Shown here piece by piece: positions 37,512 through 46,678 of a stretch of DNA of 64,000 nucleotides. The DNA lies in IMG/VR virus record IMGVR_UViG_3300045988_182965. The stretch is one strand, 5' to 3'. Under the pieces are notes generated by a model. That model saw only the letters and a list, made by a program, of their open reading frames with translations, ran no database searches and was not told the DNA's origin. This DNA is from a virus. The translations under genes were made by a program, and so were the position numbers. The number at the start of each line of letters is the position of its first letter. The first letter of the stretch is position 1.

Positions 37512-39677
37512 ATGGCAAGAAGGAAAACAAACGACTTGGAAAATCAGATGTCGCTGATGGACATGATGGCATCGGAAAGCCCCGAATATACCGAAGAAGG
37601 CCCGGAAGAACTCTTGGACCCCGGCGAGGACATGGAGGACAGTGAAGGGCAGACGGATAAGCCCTTCAAACTCGTGGCGAACAAGACCACGAAGGCAAAG
37701 GCGAGCATCTCCACGCAGGCGTTGAGTGTTGTGAAGGCGGTATATGCTGATACGGTCGAAACGAATTGGGAAGAGTTGTTTGACGGGTTCGACAGACTCT
37801 ATGCTATCACTTTTTCGTCCGGTATCGAGTTCGTGAATAAGGTCATCAACAAGTTCTCGTATGCGGAAGTCGTGTTCGGCTGCGAGAAAATCATCGCCAA
37901 CGACATCGCTGCCATCATGTCGGTGCAAATCGACAGCGTGCAGCGGCTCGCTAAGTCTAAGTCGGCAGGGAACCTTGCGAACCGCCTCGATGACGGGTCT
38001 TTGCAGCTGTATGTATCGCGGGACACGAAATCGCACGAGAAAATCTTCATTTTGGAGAGCGCTGACCATAAGCGTGTCCGAGCCATCACCGGCAGTGCGA
38101 ATATGTCGGCATCGGCGTTTTGCGGCATCCAGCGAGAGAATATCGTTTGCTTCGATGACGAGGCGGCATTTTCGCATTACAAGGTTCTGTTCGAGACCTT
38201 CAAGGAGACCTGCTCCGACAATGTCTCCTATAAGGCAGTCGTGAACACCATGAACCAGGAAGATTATCTGAAAGAGAACATCAAAGAAGTGCCCGTCTTT
38301 CAGTCTATTGAAAAGCAGAAGCTTGTCTTTCTGGAACAGGCACAGCCTGAGGATGAGGTCGAATACGAGATAGTTGCCGATGTCAAGAAAATGCAGGAAC
38401 TCGTCAAGCCAATCATGCCTAAGATGCCGGTACAGGCGAATCGTATTGTAGTGGCAGCGGAACCGATGCGCGTTTTCGGGAAACGATATACCGAGGTGCG
38501 GCGTGTGGCAGCTGAGGCAGTTAAGCAGCTCCCAAAATTACATATCGACTATGATGCCGGGACCATGACCTTCAACGACGAAAATATCGACCTCAATCCG
38601 AATCTCAGCGAGGTGGCAAAGAACATCAAGAGCATCCAGAAGTTCTTCTCAGGCATGGACTACTTTTACGGCGATGTCGAACAGGCCAAGAAGGACTACT
38701 TCAAGTACATGACCTGGTATCTGGCTACTCCGTTCATGGCGTATCTGCGGTATTTCGCATCGAGGAACAACTACGATACGAAGCTGTTCCCGATGTACGG
38801 CGTTATATACGGCGACTCAAACGGCGGCAAGACGACCTTTATAAAATTTCTTGTCAAACTCATGTGCGGTGAGACCGTTAAGATGAACACGACGGAGGAT
38901 TTCACAGCCACAAGAATCGACGGCCTCAAACGAGTTTGTGAGGGACTGCCGCTGAACATCGACGACCTCGCCAAGACCCAGTTTCAGAACCATTCAGAAC
39001 GGGTAATCAAGAACGATGAATGGGGTATCTCGGACAGGCTCGTGAACTATCCTGCTGTATCTATCACATCGAATAAAATTACCTCGCTGACAAAAGACCT
39101 CTCGAAACGTGCTATCATCTGTCGAATTGGTGCTAAAATCGACAACGAGCGCGGTGCCAAAAACTCGAAGCGTGTGAATGAGAGTATGTCGGAGCTGACA
39201 ACCGCGTTCTATGGCGAATATGTCCGCCGAATGCTTGTTTGCACCGATGAGATGACGACGGGAATGCGTGAAAATGCGAATGGCAAGGAATACTTCCCGG
39301 ATATCTTCCACGCTTCGTCTAGTGTCATTGCAGATATCTTCGAGGCATGCGGAATCGATTTGCCGGACTATGTGCGTATCCTGTACTATAACGACTATAT
39401 GGGTGATGAGAGCATTGGTCGTGCTGCAATTGAGAAAATCGAACTGGCATGGCAGGCTGACCCGAGCAAGTTCCGGGTTGATAAGAAGCAGAACAGGCTC
39501 ATTTACTCCTATCCGCCGGATGGACCGTGGTACGAACTGAAATACATTGCAGATGAGCTGCCGAACTCCCTCGAAGCAGAGATTTCTGGCGGCAACCAGC
39601 TTATCATGAACTACGAGCAGGAACAGGAATTGTTCGGCATCAAGTTTCGGCGCTGGCTGGGCATCTTTAACCTCTAA
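37512..39677 (+). CDS. Protein with an N-terminal PLD-like (HKD) nuclease motif and a C-terminal P-loop NTPase
   Basis: HEKIFILESADHKRVRAITGSANMS fits HxK(x)4D/E(x)6GSxN. P-loop YGDSNGGKTTF. Confidence 0.45.
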   Translation: MARRKTNDLENQMSLMDMMASESPEYTEEGPEELLDPGEDMEDSEGQTDKPFKLVANKTTKAKASISTQALSVVKAVYADTVETNWEELFDGFDRLYAITFSSGIEFVNKVINKFSYAEVVFGCEKIIANDIAAIMSVQIDSVQRLAKSKSAGNLANRLDDGSLQLYVSRDTKSHEKIFILESADHKRVRAITGSANMSASAFCGIQRENIVCFDDEAAFSHYKVLFETFKETCSDNVSYKAVVNTMNQEDYLKENIKEVPVFQSIEKQKLVFLEQAQPEDEVEYEIVADVKKMQELVKPIMPKMPVQANRIVVAAEPMRVFGKRYTEVRRVAAEAVKQLPKLHIDYDAGTMTFNDENIDLNPNLSEVAKNIKSIQKFFSGMDYFYGDVEQAKKDYFKYMTWYLATPFMAYLRYFASRNNYDTKLFPMYGVIYGDSNGGKTTFIKFLVKLMCGETVKMNTTEDFTATRIDGLKRVCEGLPLNIDDLAKTQFQNHSERVIKNDEWGISDRLVNYPAVSITSNKITSLTKDLSKRAIICRIGAKIDNERGAKNSKRVNESMSELTTAFYGEYVRRMLVCTDEMTTGMRENANGKEYFPDIFHASSSVIADIFEACGIDLPDYVRILYYNDYMGDESIGRAAIEKIELAWQADPSKFRVDKKQNRLIYSYPPDGPWYELKYIADELPNSLEAEISGGNQLIMNYEQEQELFGIKFRRWLGIFNL

Positions 39678-39736
39678 TATGCATGGCAGGTTCTTTTCGG
39701 AGCCTGCCTTCTTATTTCGCAAAAATAGTTGCCCAT

Positions 39737-39756
39737 TTGTGCGAATTGCAGACAAT
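39737..39756 (+). promoter_or_regulatory. Element promoter motif TTGTGCGAATTGCAGACAAT
   Basis: Consensus match upstream of 39796. Confidence 0.5.
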
Positions 39757-39795
39757 TAAAAGTGGACAAATTACAAAAGCTACAGAGGATAAACG

Positions 39796-40392
39796 ATGAG
39801 CTATGAACCCATTATCACACCGGGCAGGAATTTCTTTCTTGTCTCGACGGAGTACAAAGAGAGCTGCTCCGCCTGGTGCCGCAAGCAAATTGGCACGACA
39901 CTGAGAACCTGTCAGGGACGAGTCATCATCATTGATGCAACGGGCGAGTATGCGAACCTGGCACTTGACCATGACAGACTAATTCGAGAGAAGATTCCGT
40001 CCATCATTTATCGGTATAAGTTGGTGGACGGAAAACCGTATATCGCTCACGTCATTGAGGTCGATACGGAAGCAAACGAAGCACCACGCCTGATTGTGTA
40101 CGATATCAGCCGGACCTTAATCACCAGCTGGAAAGTCGGCGTGGAAGCCATCAATAAAATCCTGCAATCTTATGCCGTGATGCGGGACAATGAAATCGCA
40201 TGGCTGTATGTTCCGTTGGACCTATATACCAATGTCAAACCCGAAAGCGAATCCTGGAATATTCTGGAACGAACCATCAAGGGCAATGAAGGTAAGCTCA
40301 TGACGGTGCTGACAACACGAAAATTCAATATCGGTACAGTTCAGCGCTGTTTGCATATGACAAAAAATAAACTTTTGGAGGATAGCAAATGA
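39796..40392 (+). CDS. hypothetical protein
   Basis: 198-aa ORF. Confidence 0.4.
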   Translation: MSYEPIITPGRNFFLVSTEYKESCSAWCRKQIGTTLRTCQGRVIIIDATGEYANLALDHDRLIREKIPSIIYRYKLVDGKPYIAHVIEVDTEANEAPRLIVYDISRTLITSWKVGVEAINKILQSYAVMRDNEIAWLYVPLDLYTNVKPESESWNILERTIKGNEGKLMTVLTTRKFNIGTVQRCLHMTKNKLLEDSK

Positions 40393-41276
40393 CCAATGAA
40401 CAACTGAGAATCGCATTAACGGCAAATGCCGTTACCAAACAGACCCGTAACCATTTTGGGTTCAGTGACCCGTGTGGGAAGACTCTGGAAGAGTACAACA
40501 AATCTTCAATGCTTTGCTGCGTGACGGCAGCGCAGAAAATGAACACGCCGGGTTTCGAACGTGTCCTTGCTGCACAGATTTTCCCCTGCTTCACCATCGG
40601 CTGCTGGAACCAGACGAAGACGGTCTATGATTTTGACTACGAGTTCCAGAAAATTCTTATGGATACGGATGACATGGCAATTCATCAGGATATCCTGCAG
40701 CGGCTTACGGTTCGTGATTTCTTTGTTCCTTTGTACGACAGCTACGACTATACCGGTATGTTCGTGCATGTGGAATTCGACGAGAAAGAGAAGACCACTG
40801 CTTTCGGCATCGTTCTTGTCGGCCCGGCCAAAGGCAGCCATGATGATTTCACGTTCCTGACTCTGCCTGCCTGGGCCAAAGAAAATCAGAGCTTGACGGA
40901 AGCAACCCGGAGCACAAAAGAATATCTGGAAAAGGCGGCTGGGCAGCGGCAGGTAAATGGTATCAGCGTTCCGGCTGTGATGGAAGCAGTTCCTTCGGTC
41001 TTTGACGGCGGCACACCTTATGTTCGTCTGGCAATCCTGTGTGCCTACTATCTCGCCAGTAAGAACCCTGATGCCCGCCTGGAAACTTCCAGGAAGCGTG
41101 ACCGCCCGGTATTCGTGTTTCAGGGAAAGGCACAGCGAATCAACGTCAAGACATATACCGTTGGTGAGAATGCGGCCAAAGAATACAAAAAGAATGGGGA
41201 AGGCAAAACTCCCCGCTGGCGGCATTACTGGTGCGGCAATGGCCGAGAACGTCGGGAATGCAAATTCATCTATTGA
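40389..41276 (+). CDS. hypothetical protein
   Basis: 295-aa ORF, coupled to the upstream gene (ATGA). Confidence 0.45.
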   Translation: MTNEQLRIALTANAVTKQTRNHFGFSDPCGKTLEEYNKSSMLCCVTAAQKMNTPGFERVLAAQIFPCFTIGCWNQTKTVYDFDYEFQKILMDTDDMAIHQDILQRLTVRDFFVPLYDSYDYTGMFVHVEFDEKEKTTAFGIVLVGPAKGSHDDFTFLTLPAWAKENQSLTEATRSTKEYLEKAAGQRQVNGISVPAVMEAVPSVFDGGTPYVRLAILCAYYLASKNPDARLETSRKRDRPVFVFQGKAQRINVKTYTVGENAAKEYKKNGEGKTPRWRHYWCGNGRERRECKFIY

Positions 41277-41294
41277 TGGGATGAGGTAAATATC

Positions 41295-42002
41295 ATGGCT
41301 TCCCATACTTATCAGGACCCGATTGGGTTCTATGAATGGTTCGATGACCTTCCTTATGCTATCCAGGATAGTATTCTGAAACACCTGCCGCATATCGAAG
41401 GCGAGGAATGGTTCATCGTCATTATCTTTGCCGCTCTTATTCTAATGATTCTGGTTTCAGCGTATCTGGGCTTTGCAAGACATAATGTCAAAAAAACGAG
41501 TGAACGACTCAACGCTTTGAAAGAACTGAACAACACGACTGAATTCATGCCGGTCGAGGCGCAGTACCGCTACTATCTACGTTCTGATACGAAGCTGGAA
41601 TACGAGGAGTTCTCGCTCCCGAAGTTCTTTCGCCGTGAAGTGAGGGAAAACTTCAAGCTGTACAATACCCTGCTTGGCAATGCTCGGGCAAACACTGTGC
41701 TGTATGAAACATATGGCCGCGAAATCCAGGAACTTCCGGATTGGACAGAATCGGATGACGATTGCGGGCGGCATATCCCGTTCTTTCTCTACCACAACAT
41801 TGAGAAGGAGCTGTACGATGAAACTGTCCTGGATTGTCCCGTGACAACACCTGAATTTGTCTGCACGAAAAGCTATCTGCCCAAAGATGCCAAAAATCCG
41901 GTTGAGACGGAAGAGACCTATACACTGGAGGAACTGGAAGAGTACATACGCCGCTTGAAGGTTGCAGCCGATGTCAAGAAGAACAGCCAGAACGCAGGCT
42001 AA
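41295..42002 (+). CDS. Membrane-anchored hypothetical protein
   Basis: One TM helix near the N-terminus. Confidence 0.4.
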   Translation: MASHTYQDPIGFYEWFDDLPYAIQDSILKHLPHIEGEEWFIVIIFAALILMILVSAYLGFARHNVKKTSERLNALKELNNTTEFMPVEAQYRYYLRSDTKLEYEEFSLPKFFRREVRENFKLYNTLLGNARANTVLYETYGREIQELPDWTESDDDCGRHIPFFLYHNIEKELYDETVLDCPVTTPEFVCTKSYLPKDAKNPVETEETYTLEELEEYIRRLKVAADVKKNSQNAG

Positions 42003-42149
42003 AAAAGGCGGTAAACAAATGCAAGAAGCGGGAGCCCCGGGTTTGTTGGTTCCAGAACGTCTTTCCACCTGAATTTTACCAGCACTTTGATATTCTGCGG
42101 GTATTGACAAACAGCCAAAAAGGTGCTTAGGTCAAAAGCTCTTGCAAAA

Positions 42150-42169
42150 ACGTGCGATATCCGTACAAT
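42150..42169 (+). promoter_or_regulatory. Element promoter motif ACGTGCGATATCCGTACAAT
   Basis: Consensus match. Confidence 0.45.
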
Positions 42170-42208
42170 AAATTGAAACCAAAAAGTAAATTAAGGGAGA
42201 TGCACATT

Positions 42209-42817
42209 GTGAGTGAACAGAAAGAAAATGCTCAGCTCGAAGCCTACCGGAAGCTCGTTGAAGATTTCAAGCGTTTCGTCAGTTCTGAAATTCGGGCGGA
42301 GGAGAACAGCTACCGGATTGTGGACATGACTTCCGAAGATGCCGAAATCGATGACCCGAGCGTTCCGGTGACTCAACTGGAGGACGAAAAAGCAGAGAAG
42401 CTTGCCGGTATTTGCATGGACCTGTCCAATGCCACGCTGTGGCTCTACTACAACCGTGACAAATTTGCAAACGTCGAGTTCATGCCCCTGACTGATGAAA
42501 CTCTGAAAGAATACCAGAAGCAAGCTCAGAATGCTCTGAATGAACCGAAGAGCCCTCTGTATCTGAAATCCTGGTATCAGCTCATTGAAATGTTGAGCCA
42601 GGAATGTATCCCGCAGCGCTACGAGGACGACGGTCAGCGATATACAGACGTCTATGTGAACACCTATATGCTCATGTACCTGACCATGACCCGACTCAAG
42701 AACGGCGGAACCTTTACACGCCTTGCAAACGGGCAGGGAAGCGATGCTGTGAAAATCACGACCATCGCAATGTACTACTTCTCCAGCCTTTTGACGGTTC
42801 TCTGCACTGAATATTAA
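42209..42817 (+). CDS. hypothetical protein
   Basis: GTG start with an AAGGGAGA RBS, downstream of the promoter motif. Confidence 0.4.
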   Translation: MSEQKENAQLEAYRKLVEDFKRFVSSEIRAEENSYRIVDMTSEDAEIDDPSVPVTQLEDEKAEKLAGICMDLSNATLWLYYNRDKFANVEFMPLTDETLKEYQKQAQNALNEPKSPLYLKSWYQLIEMLSQECIPQRYEDDGQRYTDVYVNTYMLMYLTMTRLKNGGTFTRLANGQGSDAVKITTIAMYYFSSLLTVLCTEY

Positions 42818-42883
42818 GAAATTTTTTCCCGTGTGAGCAGCGACGCTCACGCGGGAATTTTTTTGTAATTTTCTATTGTCAAT

Positions 42884-42903
42884 CTGTGCGAATTGCGTAC
42901 AAT
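42884..42903 (+). promoter_or_regulatory. Element promoter motif CTGTGCGAATTGCGTACAAT
   Basis: Consensus match. Confidence 0.5.
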
Positions 42904-42991
42904 GAAAAATATAAACCAAAAATATATCTTATCGTTGTCCCGCATGAGTTGTTTGTGCGGGACTTTTTTATTTGCGGAAAGGAAATGCATT

Positions 42992-43189
42992 ATGTACGGT
43001 TTATCAGAAGAAAGCTTAACGATTGTTGGTATTATTTTGATTGTGGTTGGTGTCGCTATGATTGGTTGGGGATTTGAATGGAATCAGGACATTACCAATG
43101 ATAAACGGGTCGGAACCGTTGTCAGAGACATTGGCGTTATGGTTTTGGCAACCGGCATCATATTTGTGATGCAGCGGGCAATAAACTAA
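42992..43189 (+). CDS. Small membrane protein
   Basis: 65-aa ORF with two TM helices, followed by a terminator. Confidence 0.4.
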   Translation: MYGLSEESLTIVGIILIVVGVAMIGWGFEWNQDITNDKRVGTVVRDIGVMVLATGIIFVMQRAIN

Positions 43190-43199
43190 ATTGAGAAAA

Positions 43200-43240
43200 A
43201 GTAAGGCAGGCTCATTTCGGGCCTGCTTGTTTTTTGGGTG
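43200..43240 (+). terminator. Rho-independent terminator
   Basis: aaggcaggc ... gcctgcttg followed by TTTTTTGG. Confidence 0.55.
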
Positions 43241-43244
43241 AAAT

Positions 43245-45440
43245 ATGATTACAACAAAGAAGATTGGCCCACGGCCATATCAGCAGAAAGCTGCTGCGGC
43301 GATTCACAGAGAGTGGGATGCCGGGAATAAGAAAACGCTGGTTGTGATGCCGACCGGAACCGGCAAAACTATTGTGTTTGCAAGCATCGTGAACGACCAG
43401 GTGGCAAAGGGCGAACACGTTTTGATTCTTGCGCACCGGGAAGAGCTTTTACAGCAGGCAAGCGACAAGCTCAAGATGGTGACGGGGCTAGAGACCGCGT
43501 TAGAGAAGGCGCAAAGCTCGGCGCTCGATTCTGATAAGATGGTCGTGGTTGCGAGTGTTCAGACTCTTTCCAAGCCAAATCGATTGAGGAAGTATCCGCG
43601 TGATTATTTCGGGACTATCATCATTGATGAAGCGCATCACACGGCAGCCAAAACTTACAAGGGAATTCTCGAGCATTTCAGCGATGCCAAAGTGCTGGGC
43701 GTGACCGCAACACCCGACCGAAGCGACATGAAATCCCTATCTGATATCTTTGATAGTCTTGCATTTGAATATAAGCTTCCGGATGCGATTCGGGAAGGGT
43801 ATCTCTGCAAAATTAACACGAAGACAATTCCGGTCGAGGTAGACATCAGCAAGGTTCATATCAATGCCGGTGATTTCAGTGCCCAGGACCTGGGCAATGT
43901 CCTTGACTTATATCTGGACACGATTGCGGATGCCATTGTGCGAGAATGCCGAAACCGAAAGACCGTTATCTTTACTCCTCTGGTACGAATCAGCAAACGG
44001 CTGTGTAATATCCTCAATAAGCGAAACTTCAAGACCGCAGAAGTCAATGGTGCGTCTGCGGACCGTGAGGACGTTCTGAAAGGGTTTGACAATGGCGAGT
44101 ACAAGGCGCTCACGAACGCGATGCTCTTGACCGAGGGTTGGGATTGTCCGACCGTTGACTGTATCATCTGCTTGCGCCCTACCAAGAGCCGTAGCCTGTA
44201 TGCGCAGATTGTGGGACGCGGAACACGTCTGTGTGAAGGGAAAAAGAATCTTCTCGTGCTGGATTTCCTGTGGCTGACAAAGAAACATAGTCTTTGCCAT
44301 CCCGCTGATATTTTCTGTGAAGACCAGGAAGTGGCACAAAAGGCCACCGAAATGCTGGCGGATGCAGCACGCGCCGATACTAACAACCCGGATAATTTCG
44401 GCAGCCCTGAATTGGGGCTCATCGAGGCAATCGAGAAAGCGCAGACTGAACTGGACGAAGAAAAGCGGAAGGCGCTGTGTGAACTCGAAAAGCAGGATAC
44501 GATTCAGCGCAAACTCCAGGCACAGCGTCAAAAACCGAGAGGATTGGTTGACCCTCTGCAGTACATTTTCAGCATCGAAGCGCCGGAACTCAACGATTAT
44601 CAGCCGATGTTTGAGAGTGAGAGGCAGGAGCCTTCCGATGACATCATCGATAGTATTTCGGACTTCGGTGTGAAAGGCGATGCCATCAAATTTCAGGGGC
44701 TTGCTGATGCGATTCTCAAACGGCTCATTGCTCGCAGAGCCAGCGGTATGGCTACTCCGAAACAGATTCGATGCCTTGAAAGTTTTGGGTTCGTCCATGT
44801 CGGACGCTGGACTTTGCAGTATGCAAGCAGTTTCCTGAACGTCATCAGCTCCCACAACTGGAAACTTCCGAATGGGTTTGATGCATCCACGCTGGACCCG
44901 GAAAAGAATACGGCAGAAGACCTCGCCAAGTTGTATCCGGACTACAAAGAGGATGAGACGAAGAAAGCACCGCGTGGGGATGCTTTCATCTGCTGCTACT
45001 ACGATGCAAGCTATAATTTAGCACGCAAGAAAGTCTGCAGCAGTGAAAAAGAAATGCTGAATCTGTATTATTCACTGTTCAATACTTGCGAAGCAAAGTA
45101 CTTCTATTATACGAAGGAAGCTGATGCCTGGATGGCAGAAAAGCAGAATCTAATTGCCAGAAAGACCGGAACACCGATTCCTGCCGCACAGCCGACTCAG
45201 GCAACACCCGCAGTACCTCCTCCCTTTGTCCCGGCAGCTCCCGCCAAGAGCCACGAATATTATTGCTGCCTTGCCCGATGGGATGGGTCTTATATTGGCT
45301 ATGAGATTTATAAGAGCGAGCAGGCAGCACAGAATGCCCGAAAGCAGATTGCCCGGCGCGGTGAGACGGCAGTGTATGCCACAGTAGAGGAAGCTGAAGC
45401 GTGGGTCGAACGGCAAAAGGCAGCAAGAACCAGGAGGTAA
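43245..45440 (+). CDS. SF2 DEAD/DEAH-box helicase (ResIII-like) with a C-terminal extension
   Basis: VMPTGTGKT, IIDEAHH, TATPDR and QIVGRGTRL motifs. Confidence 0.65.
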   Translation: MITTKKIGPRPYQQKAAAAIHREWDAGNKKTLVVMPTGTGKTIVFASIVNDQVAKGEHVLILAHREELLQQASDKLKMVTGLETALEKAQSSALDSDKMVVVASVQTLSKPNRLRKYPRDYFGTIIIDEAHHTAAKTYKGILEHFSDAKVLGVTATPDRSDMKSLSDIFDSLAFEYKLPDAIREGYLCKINTKTIPVEVDISKVHINAGDFSAQDLGNVLDLYLDTIADAIVRECRNRKTVIFTPLVRISKRLCNILNKRNFKTAEVNGASADREDVLKGFDNGEYKALTNAMLLTEGWDCPTVDCIICLRPTKSRSLYAQIVGRGTRLCEGKKNLLVLDFLWLTKKHSLCHPADIFCEDQEVAQKATEMLADAARADTNNPDNFGSPELGLIEAIEKAQTELDEEKRKALCELEKQDTIQRKLQAQRQKPRGLVDPLQYIFSIEAPELNDYQPMFESERQEPSDDIIDSISDFGVKGDAIKFQGLADAILKRLIARRASGMATPKQIRCLESFGFVHVGRWTLQYASSFLNVISSHNWKLPNGFDASTLDPEKNTAEDLAKLYPDYKEDETKKAPRGDAFICCYYDASYNLARKKVCSSEKEMLNLYYSLFNTCEAKYFYYTKEADAWMAEKQNLIARKTGTPIPAAQPTQATPAVPPPFVPAAPAKSHEYYCCLARWDGSYIGYEIYKSEQAAQNARKQIARRGETAVYATVEEAEAWVERQKAARTRR

Positions 45441-45444
45441 TCAC

Positions 45445-45999
45445 ATGCGTACAAATAAAACTGCAAGCCACATTTACTATGAGCTTGACCACGATATACA
45501 GGAATATGCGAAACGGCTTTTGGCTAAAAAGATTCTGCACGCGGCACGGCAGGACAATGCTGCTTCATTGCCTGATGAAACGGCGAAGAAAATTGCCGAG
45601 ACGGCGGTGTTTCTGACCGAACGCCTCGCGCTTTTGTATGAGCTGAATTCTGGATTCCGAGGCATCCGATTCAGCACTTTCGGAGAACAGCCTGCCGTCT
45701 ATACCACCATGGTCCAGCACAATGCCCCGCTGTATGATGAGCCGATGCTTGGACGGGCCTACAACCTCGCCAACTACCTTACTGCTGATAATGAGGATAT
45801 CAAAGAATCTGCTTTGATGAAGCACAAGGTTTTGGCAGCAATTTATAGTGCCGCTGCATACATGAAAGGGCAGACTCCGGAGCAGGGAAAAATCTCGATT
45901 CAGAACCAGCTATTTGTGTCTACGGCTGTTGAGCTGTTCAGCAGCCTTTTGGAGGCAGCGGCAGAGAAAAAGAACGACAGCAATAAAAGCGCTGCCTGA
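45445..45999 (+). CDS. hypothetical protein
   Basis: 184-aa ORF, tightly coupled to the helicase gene. Confidence 0.4.
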   Translation: MRTNKTASHIYYELDHDIQEYAKRLLAKKILHAARQDNAASLPDETAKKIAETAVFLTERLALLYELNSGFRGIRFSTFGEQPAVYTTMVQHNAPLYDEPMLGRAYNLANYLTADNEDIKESALMKHKVLAAIYSAAAYMKGQTPEQGKISIQNQLFVSTAVELFSSLLEAAAEKKNDSNKSAA

Positions 46000-46021
46000 T
46001 TTGAAAGATTGGAGAATTTGT

Positions 46022-46474
46022 ATGATTCGATTCAGAAAAGATACCCCTCGCTATTGGTTTATGAGCAACTATTACCCTTGCGAATTTGTGATGGATGGGA
46101 TTCGCTACAAGAACGCTGAAGCAGCGTTTCAGAGTCACAAGGTCCCACTGGAAGAGCGCAGACAGTTTGCGGACATGCCACCGGCTTCTGCCAAGCGTTT
46201 TGGCCGTAATGTGGCTATCCCCGCAAACTGGGACAAAACTCGGGACGATGTAATGCGCCGCGTGGTGATGGCCAAGTTCGAGCAGAATGAGGACCTCAAA
46301 CAGCGCCTCCTCGAAACGGGTACGCAGCCTATTGAGGAAGATACGACCAGCTGGCATGACAACTATTGGGGTAACTGCCATTGCCAGAAGTGCCGGAACA
46401 TCCCGAGCCAGAATCGGCTCGGTATCATTCTGATGGAAACCAGGGACAAGCTGAAAAAGCAAACAGGCAAATAA
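46022..46474 (+). CDS. NADAR (DUF1768, YbiA-like) domain protein
   Basis: FMSNYYPCEF...YKNAEAAFQSHK matches the NADAR FSNFY...AEHYFQ pattern. Confidence 0.55.
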   Translation: MIRFRKDTPRYWFMSNYYPCEFVMDGIRYKNAEAAFQSHKVPLEERRQFADMPPASAKRFGRNVAIPANWDKTRDDVMRRVVMAKFEQNEDLKQRLLETGTQPIEEDTTSWHDNYWGNCHCQKCRNIPSQNRLGIILMETRDKLKKQTGK

Positions 46475-46589
46475 TGCTTGCAATGCCTTGCGAGCTCCAT
46501 ATAATTAGAGATGAAATCAAAAAGAATTATCTTTTGCGAAGACTCCGTTGCTGACGGCGTTCTCGTTTTCTTTTGTTCAAACGCAAAAG

Positions 46590-46632
46590 GCTGCCGCCCA
46601 GTAATGGGTAGCAGCCTTATTTTTTTCGTTTG
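46590..46632. terminator. Bidirectional terminator
   Basis: AAAAGGCTGCCGCCCAGTAATGGGTAGCAGCCTTATTTTTTT. Confidence 0.6.
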
Positions 46633-46678
46633 TATCAACCGATATGGCAGCAAATCATCTTGCCGCATTCAGAATGAT

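Noticed and set aside
40506-41393. 295-aa minus-strand ORF
   Set aside because: Overlaps a plus-strand ORF of equal length with far better composition and operon context.
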